DNA of 26,908 bases from Thiohalomonadaceae bacterium (GCA_041572995.1 JBFFRO010000001.1:1-26908); one strand, 5' to 3'; positions 1 through 8,306 are shown, counted from the stretch's first letter. Numbers and translations are program-made. Notes: generated by a model from the sequence alone, not told the origin.

Positions 1-836
1 AGGTGGAGCAGGCCTTCGAGCTCTCCGATGCCTCGGCCGAGCGTTCCGCCGCCGCCTGTACCGTGAAGCTCGACCAGGCGCCGATCATCGAGTACCTGAA
101 CTCCAACATCACCCTGCTCAAGTGGATGATCGCCAACGGTTACGAGGACAAGCGCACCCTGGGCCGCCGCATCGAGGCGATGGAGGCCTGGCTGGCCAAG
201 CCCGAGCTGATGGAGGCGGACAGTGACGCCGAGTACGCCGCCGTCATCGATATCGACCTGGCCGACATCAAGGAGCCCATCGTCGCCTGTCCCAACGACC
301 CGGACGATGTGAAGCTGCTCTCCGAGGTGGCCGGCGAGGCGGTGCAGGAGGTGTTCATCGGCTCCTGCATGACCAACATCGGTCACTACCGTGCCGCCGG
401 TAAGGTGCTGGAGGCCGACGGCGGTGCCGTGCCCACCCGCATGTGGATCGCTCCGCCGACCAAGATGGATGCCCACCAGCTGACGGAGGAGGGCTACTAC
501 TCCATCTTCGGCAGGGCCGGTGCCCGCACCGAGATGCCCGGCTGTTCGCTGTGCATGGGCAACCAGGCTCGCGTTGCCGATGGCGCCGTGGTCTTCTCCA
601 CCTCCACCCGCAACTTCCCCAACCGCCTGGGTAAGGACGCCATGGTCTACCTCGGCTCAGCCGAGCTGGCCGCCGTCACCGCGCTGATGGGCAAGCTGCC
701 GACCCCCGCTGAGTACGCCGAGAAGGTGGCCCTGCTCGACACCATGGGTGCCGACGTCTACCGCTACCTCAATTTCAATGAGATTGAGGAGTACCAGAAG
801 GTGGCGGATGAGGTGAAGATCGTCGCTGCCGGTTAA
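1..836 (+). CDS. acnB: Aconitate hydratase B, C-terminal part (5' end outside window)
   Basis: Frame open from position 3 to TAA at 836. [15 protein letters not shown], [4Fe-4S] cysteine motifs FIGSCMT and [10 protein letters not shown], and [12 protein letters not shown] are typical of AcnB. Confidence 0.96.
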   Translation, partial: VEQAFELSDASAERSAAACTVKLDQAPIIEYLNSNITLLKWMIANGYEDKRTLGRRIEAMEAWLAKPELMEADSDAEYAAVIDIDLADIKEPIVACPNDPDDVKLLSEVAGEAVQEVFIGSCMTNIGHYRAAGKVLEADGGAVPTRMWIAPPTKMDAHQLTEEGYYSIFGRAGARTEMPGCSLCMGNQARVADGAVVFSTSTRNFPNRLGKDAMVYLGSAELAAVTALMGKLPTPAEYAEKVALLDTMGADVYRYLNFNEIEEYQKVADEVKIVAAG

Positions 837-868
837 GGCCGGCTGCTAGACACCTCACCGGCTGAGGG

Positions 869-902
869 AAAACCCACTACCGAAAGGTGGTGGGTTTTTT
901 TA
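869..902 (+). terminator. Intrinsic terminator after acnB
   Basis: AAAACCCACTACC-GAAA-GGTGGTGGGTTTTTTT: stem with GNRA loop followed by a T tract, about 30 bp after the stop. Confidence 0.9.
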
Positions 903-983
903 TGCGTAACCCGTGGCGACGGGTTTGAAGCCACGCCACTCACCTGTGCAGCTTTGGCATGGATCATCCGCTCACCCTCCTGT

Positions 984-1052
984 TTGCACCGTTATGTATC
1001 AAATTGCACTGTTGCGTATCAGACAAGCCTGATGTTGCACCATGCTGTAGCG
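984..1052. repeat. Three imperfect 18-bp direct repeats (TTGCAC-N6-GTAxC), candidate activator-binding sites
   Basis: TTGCACCGTTATGTATCA (984-1001), TTGCACTGTTGCGTATCA (1004-1021), TTGCACCATGCTGTAGCG (1035-1052). Starts are 20 and 31 bp apart. Confidence 0.6.
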
Positions 1053-1093
1053 TGCAGGACGCGCGAAACAGCGTTAATCATGGGGTTAATGGT

Positions 1094-1109
1094 TGGCCTG
1101 CTTTTTGCC
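1094..1109 (+). promoter_or_regulatory. Putative sigma54 (-24/-12) promoter
   Basis: TGGCCTGCTTTTTGCC compared with consensus TGGCACGnnnnTTGCW: GG at 1095-1096 and GC at 1107-1108 are exactly 10 nt apart. Lies about 110 bp upstream of ATG 1219. Confidence 0.65.
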
Positions 1110-1218
1110 CTGTTTATGCATGTCGATAGGACAGGCCTTACGCACCGAAATATGGGTGCCCATAAGAGGTCATCCGCGGCAGCGAACCATCGCATTCACA
1201 GTTGATGAAAGGGAAACC

Positions 1219-1590
1219 ATGCCTACGATTTCCGGAGTTACCGATAGCCGCACCTATGCGCGCACGCTGTTGATGATGCGTCGCCTGGTCAAAGAGGAGT
1301 TTGGTGTAACCGTGCACCTGGACGAGGAGGAGGTGGCCGAGGAACTGCTGGCCTTTGCCAGCCGCTCGCGACACCACCTGTTGCGCCAGATGGCACGAGA
1401 ACTCGAGGAGCAGATGGGTGTGGTGCCTGATGCACCGGCTGCTGACAAGGAGGAGAGTGAAGCGCCAGCGGATGAAAAGGTCAGTTACTACCGCGGTGCA
1501 CCGGTAGTGAACGAGAGCAAACCGGTCGAGAGCGAGGTGGCGAGTAGCTCTGCGCCGAAACGGATCTACCGCGGGCAAGTGGTGGGGTGA
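1219..1590 (+). CDS. Hypothetical protein (123 aa) with a helical N-terminus, an acidic linker and two YRG motifs
   Basis: In frame with track ORF 1093-1590. ATG 1219 follows GAAAGGGAAACC (SD-like); the upstream extension overlaps the promoter. YYRGAPVV and IYRGQVVG near the C-terminus. Confidence 0.75.
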   Translation: MPTISGVTDSRTYARTLLMMRRLVKEEFGVTVHLDEEEVAEELLAFASRSRHHLLRQMARELEEQMGVVPDAPAADKEESEAPADEKVSYYRGAPVVNESKPVESEVASSSAPKRIYRGQVVG

Positions 1591-1803
1591 TGATGGCGCT
1601 GGCATTACGCCAGAATGTCGTCTCCTACCCAAGCGTACCGGGCGTTCCACCGTTGCTGGATAAGCATATTATTGCCAGCAAGTAGGGTAACCGGCCCGGT
1701 CCCATCCCGGCGGATGCGAAAAACTTGAACTGCGTCATGCTTTAAATAACCCTACCGGTGTTAGAGTTAAACACTTTATCAACCTGACAGACGGGGAGGG
1801 GCA

Positions 1804-4212
1804 TTGAAGCGGATTCGGTTATTTAGTGACGGCGGCCTGGGGGGGCTGGTCGTCCTTTTGGCCTTTCTCCTGTTCAATGAGTCTCCGCTGGTGGGTCTGG
1901 ATGGCCTGGCCCTGGAGCTCTCCGCCCGTACCGGCACGCCGCCGCCCGAATCGCACACTCTGATCATCACCCTCTCCGGGGCCGACGGCGGCCCCATCGT
2001 CGATCCGCTGAGCCGCCATGAGGAGCTGCTACGCCTGCTGGCCCGCCTGGAGCCGCTGCAGCCCACGGCGCTGGTGCTCAACGGCCTCTCCACCGGCGCC
2101 TCGCTCTCCCCGGCACTGCGCCAGTGGCGCGAGTCGGCGGCCCAGTGGCTGGAGCAGGGCGAGGCTTCGCCCGAGGCGGAGCGTCTGCTGGGCGGCGCGC
2201 TGGCCCTGACTGCGACCGATACTCGTCTCAGCGAGGCACTGGCGCACTTCAACCCCCGTATCTTTCTGCATGATGACAGCCAGCCTCAGGGCGAGCCCGC
2301 TGTGCTGCTGCCGTTTCCGGCCCCCAGCGAGTCGCCGTGGTTGAGTTCCCTGCCGTCCCCCTGGCAGCCCTCGTTGCAGGGGCAGGGGGCGTTGCTTGTG
2401 CAGATGAGCAAGTCCGATGTCGAGGGTCCGGCCACCCTGCGTGGTGGTGTGCGACTGTTCTATGCCGAGGAGGAGGGGGTGCGCCCGACGCTGCCGCTGC
2501 GCCTGACGGCTGCCCACCTGGGGGCCGAGCCTGAGGCGATGAGCATCGGCGCCGAGGGCGGCGTTAGCGTCGGCAACCACTACCTGCAGAGCGACGCGGC
2601 CTACCGCTTCCTGCCGCGCACCCCCGCTGCCAAGCCGCTGCAGATGCGCTCCAACGAGTTGCTGCTGGCCGATGATGCCGAGCTTGAGCGGCTGCGCTCG
2701 CGGCTGGTGTTCGTCGTCGATAGCGCGCAGCAGGCGGATAGCCTGGAGCTGGCCCGCGAGGTGGAGTCGTTGCTGGGGGTCTCGGGCTATACCACGGTGG
2801 AGTGGGCGACCTGGTCGCGCCTGGCGGCGCTGCTGCTGGTGGGCCTCACGCTGATCGTTCTGCTGCCACGTCTGGGCGTGGCGGCTGCCGCCAGCGTGGT
2901 GATGGTGGAGCTGGTCCTGCTGCTGAATGCCCAGCTGCTGCTGGTGCTGATCAACGGCGAGTGGCTACCGCTCCTCTACCCGTCGGTGGCGCTGCTCGTC
3001 GGCAGTCTGATTATCTTCTCCCGCCGCTGGCTGCAGCAGCCCTACCAGCAGCTGCAGGAACGCTACGCCGCGCTGACCCAGCAGCATGCCCGCCTGCTGC
3101 TTAACGACGGCAAGCTGGAGCCGGCCTTTGTCCAGCTGCAGCGCTGCCAGGGTAGTGAAGAGGTGCTGGCTCTGCTCTATGAGGTGGGGCTGAGCGGTGA
3201 GCAGCGTCGCCAGTTTGCCCTGGCCGAGCGGGTATTCACGCACATCGTCAGCCTGCAGGCGGACTACCGTGACGCCGCCGAACGCCAGCGTATCAATCGC
3301 GAGGCCCACGAGCGCCTGGTGTTGCCGGGGCAGTCGCTCAACAGTATGGACGCGACCATGGTGGTGGCCGGCGAGGGGCTACAGAACCCGGTGCTGGGCC
3401 GCTACCAGATCGAGAGCGAGCTGGGGCGTGGCGCCATGGGTGTGGTCTATCTGGGTTCTGACCCGAAGATTAACCGTACCGTGGCGATCAAGACCCTGGC
3501 CCTGGGCCAGGAGTTCGAGGGCGAGCAGTACACCCAGGTGCTTGAGCGCTTTATGCGCGAGGCGGAGACCGCCGGGCGCCTTAACCACCCCAATATCGTC
3601 ACCATCTACGATGTGGGTGAGGAGGAGGATCTGGCCTACATCGCCATGGACTACCTGCAGGGGGAGGGGCTGGACTACTACACTCGTCCTGAGACCCTGC
3701 TGCCGGTGAGCGAGGTGATGGGCATTATTGAGCAGGTCGCCGAGGCGCTTGACTATGCTCATGCCAATGGGGTGGTGCACCGCGATATCAAACCGGCCAA
3801 TATCATCTATAACAGAGATACCCAGGTGGCGACCGTGACCGACTTCGGTGTGGCCCACCTGGCTGACTCGAGCAAGACCAAGACTGGCACCGTGATGGGT
3901 AGCCCCTACTACATGTCGCCTGAGCAGCTGGCCGGCACCAAGGTAGACGGGCGCGCCGACCTCTTCTCCCTGGGGGTGACCTTCTTCCAGCTGCTGAGCG
4001 GCGAGCTGCCGTTCCAGGCCGACTCCATCGCCCAGCTGATGTACAAGATCACCAATAGCCGCCACCCCAGCGTGCGCAAGTTGCGCCCGGAGGTTTCGAA
4101 CTGCGGCGGACGCATCGTCAACAAGCTGTTGCAGAAAGAGCTGGGCAAGCGTTACCAGAGTGGTCAACAGGTGGTGGAAGCCCTGCAGCGCTGCCTAAAA
4201 CAAGGAAACTGA
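1804..4212 (+). CDS. Membrane Hanks-type Ser/Thr kinase with a divergent CHASE2-like sensor, 3 TM helices and a TPR-like linker
   Basis: TTG start after GGGGAGGGG. N-terminal hydrophobic anchor and three hydrophobic segments. Complete kinase motifs: GRGAMGVVY, VAIK, HRDIKPAN, DFG, GSPYYMSPEQ, DLFSLG. The CHASE2 call rests on architecture only. Confidence 0.9.
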   Translation: MKRIRLFSDGGLGGLVVLLAFLLFNESPLVGLDGLALELSARTGTPPPESHTLIITLSGADGGPIVDPLSRHEELLRLLARLEPLQPTALVLNGLSTGASLSPALRQWRESAAQWLEQGEASPEAERLLGGALALTATDTRLSEALAHFNPRIFLHDDSQPQGEPAVLLPFPAPSESPWLSSLPSPWQPSLQGQGALLVQMSKSDVEGPATLRGGVRLFYAEEEGVRPTLPLRLTAAHLGAEPEAMSIGAEGGVSVGNHYLQSDAAYRFLPRTPAAKPLQMRSNELLLADDAELERLRSRLVFVVDSAQQADSLELAREVESLLGVSGYTTVEWATWSRLAALLLVGLTLIVLLPRLGVAAAASVVMVELVLLLNAQLLLVLINGEWLPLLYPSVALLVGSLIIFSRRWLQQPYQQLQERYAALTQQHARLLLNDGKLEPAFVQLQRCQGSEEVLALLYEVGLSGEQRRQFALAERVFTHIVSLQADYRDAAERQRINREAHERLVLPGQSLNSMDATMVVAGEGLQNPVLGRYQIESELGRGAMGVVYLGSDPKINRTVAIKTLALGQEFEGEQYTQVLERFMREAETAGRLNHPNIVTIYDVGEEEDLAYIAMDYLQGEGLDYYTRPETLLPVSEVMGIIEQVAEALDYAHANGVVHRDIKPANIIYNRDTQVATVTDFGVAHLADSSKTKTGTVMGSPYYMSPEQLAGTKVDGRADLFSLGVTFFQLLSGELPFQADSIAQLMYKITNSRHPSVRKLRPEVSNCGGRIVNKLLQKELGKRYQSGQQVVEALQRCLKQGN

Positions 4213-4213
4213 T

Positions 4214-4978
4214 ATGGACGCTGACGAGCAAACTGGGCAGTACGTTGTGCGCATGGCCGGGGCCACCCATCCCGGTCGCGTCCGTGAGCATAACGAGGAT
4301 GCCATCGGCTGGGACGAAGAGCTGGGCCTGGCGGTGGTGGCCGACGGCGTCGGCGGCCACCAGGCCGGTGAGGTTGCCAGCCGCATCGTGGTGGACTCAC
4401 TGCTATCGGGCCTGCCCCCTGCGGATGAGAGTGGCGATGATGCGATTTGCGCCGCGGCGCTTCGCGAGTCGGTGGAGAAGGCCAATCGCGAGGTGTGGCA
4501 GCATGCCCAGGAGTCAGGCTTTAGCGGCATGAGCAGCACGGTGGTGGCCCTGCGGGTCTGCGGCCAGCGTGTGGTCATCGCCTATGTGGGCGACTCGCGT
4601 GTATACCGATTGCGTAACGGGCAGATGCAGCAGCTGAGTGTGGACCACTCGGTGGTACAGGAGATGATCGATAACGGTTCGCTGAGTCGTGAGGAGGCCG
4701 CGACCTCCAGCCGCCGCAACCTGATCACCCGGGCCCTCGGTCAGGCGCAGGAGGTGCAGGCGGAGGTCACCCTGACCTCGCTGAATCCCGGTGATTGTTA
4801 CCTGCTCTGCTCGGATGGCCTGAGCGACCGCCTGACCGACGAGGGCATGGGGATGATGCTGGATCGTGCCAGGGAGGGCTCACTGGAGAGCCTCGCCGAG
4901 GAACTGGTGGAGACAGCCAATACCGCCGGTGGTCAGGACAATATTGCAGTGGTACTGGTACGTGTCGACGCGCGATAA
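4214..4978 (+). CDS. PP2C/PPM-family Ser/Thr phosphatase (Stp1/PppA-like)
   Basis: THPGRVREHNED, VADGVGGH, VGDSRVY, RNLITRALG, CSDGL, GGQDNIAV. Starts 1 bp after the kinase stop, with AAGGA SD. Confidence 0.93.
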   Translation: MDADEQTGQYVVRMAGATHPGRVREHNEDAIGWDEELGLAVVADGVGGHQAGEVASRIVVDSLLSGLPPADESGDDAICAAALRESVEKANREVWQHAQESGFSGMSSTVVALRVCGQRVVIAYVGDSRVYRLRNGQMQQLSVDHSVVQEMIDNGSLSREEAATSSRRNLITRALGQAQEVQAEVTLTSLNPGDCYLLCSDGLSDRLTDEGMGMMLDRAREGSLESLAEELVETANTAGGQDNIAVVLVRVDAR

Positions 4979-5037
4979 TGCCGGTGCTGTATAGTGACTA
5001 ATAATTAAATCGACAGCGAGCCTGGAGAGGTAGCCCA

Positions 5038-5397
5038 ATGCCGTCAATCAATATCTACTACGAAGGCCAGCAGCTGCGTAGTTATGAGCTGGAAGGGGAG
5101 CGAATGACCATCGGCCGTCGCCCCGATAACGATATCGTCATTGATGATGTGGCCGTGAGCGGGCAGCATGCCGTCATCCATGTCAGCCCCGATCCCATCT
5201 TCCGCGAGCAGAACCACGTGGAGATCGAGGACAGTGGCAGCACCAACGGCACCTGGGTCAATGGCCTGGAGGTACAGCGCAAGAAACTGGTGCATGGGGA
5301 TGTCGTGCGCATGGGCAGACACGAGCTGCACTACCGCGATGAGCAGGTGGCCGGGCTGGAGCAGACGGCGATCTATATCGCTGACGACCTCACCTGA
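5038..5397 (+). CDS. Stand-alone FHA domain protein (119 aa)
   Basis: FHA signatures IGRRPDNDIV, VSGQHA and DSGSTNGTWVNG. SD-like GGAGAGG upstream. Confidence 0.92.
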   Translation: MPSINIYYEGQQLRSYELEGERMTIGRRPDNDIVIDDVAVSGQHAVIHVSPDPIFREQNHVEIEDSGSTNGTWVNGLEVQRKKLVHGDVVRMGRHELHYRDEQVAGLEQTAIYIADDLT

Positions 5398-5416
5398 TCA
5401 TCAGCGAATCGTGTGC

Positions 5417-5447
5417 AAAAAAAAGCCCCGCTCGGCGGGGCTTTTTT
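5417..5447. terminator. Bidirectional intrinsic terminator between the FHA gene and yebC
   Basis: A8-GCCCCGC-TCG-GCGGGGC-T6 between convergent genes. Confidence 0.9.
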
Positions 5448-5464
5448 ATCGTCGGGTGTAAGTG

Positions 5465-6184
5465 CTAGAACTCGGCATCGTGGTAGACGTTCTGTACGTC
5501 CTCCACATCCTCCAGCATCTCCAGGAACTTCTCCATCACCGCCACGTCCTCGCCGGAGATGGGGGTGGTGCCCTTGGGCACAAACTGGATCTCGTCCACC
5601 TCGAAGTCAATCTCGCCGAAGGCATCCAGCAGCGCCTGCTTGGCCTTGCCGTACTCGGTGTTGGGGGTGAAGACGGTGATCATGCCATCCTCGCTCTCCA
5701 CATCGCTGACATCCACATCGGCTTCCAGCAGCGCCTCCAGCACCGCATCCTCATCATCGCCCTTGAAGGCGAAGATGGCGGCGTGGTCGAACATGTGGCT
5801 GACAGTGCCCTGGGTACCCAGCTTGGCCTTGGCGCGGTTGAAGCAGGTGCGCACATCGCCGATGGTGCGGTTGGGGTTGTCGGTGAGACAGTCGACGATC
5901 ACCATGCAGCCGCCGGGGCCGAAGCCCTCGTAGCGGGCCGGGGAGTAGTCCTCGCCGACGCCGCCGTCGGCGGCCTTCTGCAGCGCCTTGTCGATGACGT
6001 GGGCGGGCACCTGGTCCTTCTTGGCGCGCTCGATCAGCCCGCGCAGCGCCAGGTTGCCGCTGGGGTCGGCGCCACCGGCTTTGGCGCAGACATAAATCTC
6101 GCGGCCGTACTTGCTGTAGACCTTGGTCTTGGCCGCGGCCGTCTTGGCCATGGACTCTTTACGGTTCTGATAGGCTCGACCCAT
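5465..6184 (-). CDS. yebC: YebC/PmpR family protein (YeeN-like subtype)
   Basis: MGRAY N-terminus, [22 protein letters not shown], and acidic C-terminus DVQNVYHD; 239 aa. Confidence 0.9.
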   Translation of the reverse strand: MGRAYQNRKESMAKTAAAKTKVYSKYGREIYVCAKAGGADPSGNLALRGLIERAKKDQVPAHVIDKALQKAADGGVGEDYSPARYEGFGPGGCMVIVDCLTDNPNRTIGDVRTCFNRAKAKLGTQGTVSHMFDHAAIFAFKGDDEDAVLEALLEADVDVSDVESEDGMITVFTPNTEYGKAKQALLDAFGEIDFEVDEIQFVPKGTTPISGEDVAVMEKFLEMLEDVEDVQNVYHDAEF

Positions 6185-6449
6185 GAGGGCATTCTCCGGA
6201 TAGGCTGATGTAACTGGCGGGGGATTTTACCCTATCCGTTGCCACTCTGCTCTGTAGGTCATCGCCTAACCCTGTCGGCTATCACTTACGTGGCTGTGCA
6301 CATACGGCCTAAATCCCCGTCTTTACCCCTTGTTCGCCTTTCCCAAGCGCCGTCGCATGTCTTATGGTGTGGCTATTCCGTGCGCGCATGTGCAGCTGTT
6401 CGTGCATGGGGATGGAGACAATAAACATAACTATGGAGATACAAGGACA

Positions 6450-8237
6450 ATGAAGCCTAAACATCGTCTGCTAACCGGGGCGCTGTCGACGACGCTCCTG
6501 TTGGGCGCATGCGGTTATCCGGGGCAACAGGCGTGGCAGGATGACAAGGGGGATTACCCGCCTGATCGTAACGCCATCGCCATCGCCGATGACTGGTACG
6601 GCGATAGTGCCGAACGCATCGTCTACCTGAACCAGAACTGGAGCCCCGCCGAGAGCGACTGGTTCTACAACACCACCCAGGGTTCGGAGCTGATGCCCTA
6701 CAACCTCTTCGTTAACCTTGAGCAGGTGGAGGGTGAGGAGCTCTTTATTCAGCCCAAGCATATGGCCCGCTTCCGCTACCTACCGCAGAGACCCAGCGAG
6801 GATAATCCCGAAGGTCTGCCGGTGGGCTTCGTGCGCAATAAGAGCGCGGTGGGTCTGACCTGTGCCGCCTGTCATACCAACCAGATCAACTATCAGGGGA
6901 CCGGTATTCGCGTCGATGGCGCACCGGCGCAGGCCAATATGGTCGCCTTCCTCGAGGAGCTGGCGCAGAGCATGCGCACCACCCTGCGCGATGAGACCAA
7001 GTTCGATCGTCTGGCCAAGCGCATGCTGGGTGAGAAGGACAGCCTTGAGGCACGCCAGGTGCTGGATGAGCACCTGCGCGGCGCCTTCAACGAGGTGAGT
7101 ATCTACAACAGCCGCAACGTCACCCACACCGAGTACGGTTTCGCCCGTGTCGATGCGGTGGGACGCATCTTTAACCAGGTGCTCAAGTTCACCAATGGCA
7201 ACGATGTCTTCAACGAGCCCAATGCGCCGGTCAGTTATCCCTTCCTCTGGGATACCCCGCAGCACGACTGGGTGCAGTGGGTTGGCCTGACCTCCAATGC
7301 CAATATCGGCGCGCTGGGGCGCAATGCCGGTGAGGTGATCGGCGTCTTCGGTCAGGTTGAGGTCAAGAAGCACACCACCGTGATCGGTGCCCTGGAGGGG
7401 TATACCTCCACTGTCGATACCGGCAACCTGGTGGATATGGAAGAGGGGCTGCGCAGCCTGACCTCGCCGCAGTGGCCGCGTGACATCCTGCCCGATATCG
7501 ACGCTACCAAGGCCGCCCGCGGCGAGACCCTTTACAGCAAGAAGTGCGCGGGCTGTCACCACATCATCGATCGCAGCAATCCCAAGCGTACAGTTCGTGC
7601 GCAGATGATTGGCCTGGATATCGTCAAGACCGATCCCACCGAGATTCAGAACGCCCTGCGCAGCGCGCCGACCGGTATCCTCAGTGGGGCGATCTTCCCC
7701 GAGGCGGCCAAGATCCAGTTCGGCCTGGATGACAAGCGCTTCGGTGACAGTGCGCCCATCGTGCTGATGCTCACCGACCTGGTCGAGGGGGTGCTGGTGC
7801 GCAACGCCAAGGACTCCGCCCGCTCCGCCTATAACGCCGAGGTAAACGGCAACGGCGTGCTCAACAAGGAGAAGGAGGGTAAGCACCCGCAGGACAGTAA
7901 GGCCAACCCCTTCGCTTCGCTGGGCTCCTACAAGGCGCGTCCGCTCAATGGCATCTGGGCCACGGCTCCTTACCTGCACAACGGCTCGGTGCCCAACCTC
8001 TACTCGCTGCTGCTACCGGCAGACGAGCGGCCCAAGGCCTTTGCCGTCGGTCAGCAGGAGTACGACCCGGTACACGTGGGTTTCCGTAGCGACGTCAACG
8101 ACGAGGCGCCGTTCATCTTCCAGGTGGCGAACGATGAGGGCCCGATTACCGGTAACAGTAACCAGGGCCACGAGTTCGGCACCAAGCTGAGTGAGGATGA
8201 TCGCTGGGCGCTGGTGGAGTACCTCAAGACCCTGTAG
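6450..8237 (+). CDS. RoxA-like / di-heme cytochrome c peroxidase-like lipoprotein
   Basis: ATG 6450 after AAGGA SD. Basic N-terminus and lipobox LLLGA-C21. CAACH (6861-6875), CAGCH (7545-7559), WATAPYLHNGSVP and GNSNQGHEFG. Confidence 0.8.
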   Translation: MKPKHRLLTGALSTTLLLGACGYPGQQAWQDDKGDYPPDRNAIAIADDWYGDSAERIVYLNQNWSPAESDWFYNTTQGSELMPYNLFVNLEQVEGEELFIQPKHMARFRYLPQRPSEDNPEGLPVGFVRNKSAVGLTCAACHTNQINYQGTGIRVDGAPAQANMVAFLEELAQSMRTTLRDETKFDRLAKRMLGEKDSLEARQVLDEHLRGAFNEVSIYNSRNVTHTEYGFARVDAVGRIFNQVLKFTNGNDVFNEPNAPVSYPFLWDTPQHDWVQWVGLTSNANIGALGRNAGEVIGVFGQVEVKKHTTVIGALEGYTSTVDTGNLVDMEEGLRSLTSPQWPRDILPDIDATKAARGETLYSKKCAGCHHIIDRSNPKRTVRAQMIGLDIVKTDPTEIQNALRSAPTGILSGAIFPEAAKIQFGLDDKRFGDSAPIVLMLTDLVEGVLVRNAKDSARSAYNAEVNGNGVLNKEKEGKHPQDSKANPFASLGSYKARPLNGIWATAPYLHNGSVPNLYSLLLPADERPKAFAVGQQEYDPVHVGFRSDVNDEAPFIFQVANDEGPITGNSNQGHEFGTKLSEDDRWALVEYLKTL

Positions 8238-8252
8238 TGGTAACGGACGCGC

Positions 8253-8290
8253 GATAAAAAACGGGCCGCAATGCGGCCCGTTTTTTTATC
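8253..8290. terminator. Bidirectional intrinsic terminator
   Basis: GATAAAAAA-CGGGCCGC-AAT-GCGGCCCG-TTTTTTTATC between convergent genes. Confidence 0.92.
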
Positions 8291-8306
8291 ACTTCCTTGG
8301 CTACCC

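Noticed and set aside
954-971. Second TTGGCA sigma54-like site
   Set aside because: No GC at the required 10-nt spacing.
1588-1630. Fluoride-riboswitch-like words (GATGG...CTCCTAC)
   Set aside because: The P1 stem and pseudoknot pairing cannot be built, and no fluoride-related gene follows.
1804-5397. Type VI secretion regulatory cluster (ppkA/pppA/fha)
   Set aside because: No tss or tag structural genes in the window, and the FHA protein is only 119 aa, far shorter than T6SS Fha scaffolds.
6780-7979. 399-aa antisense ORF inside the cytochrome gene, and similar ORFs at 3379-4167, 5462-6208, 24835-26073 and 26081-26866
   Set aside because: All lie opposite clearly identified genes and have typical shadow-ORF composition. 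The last is the antisense of ald.
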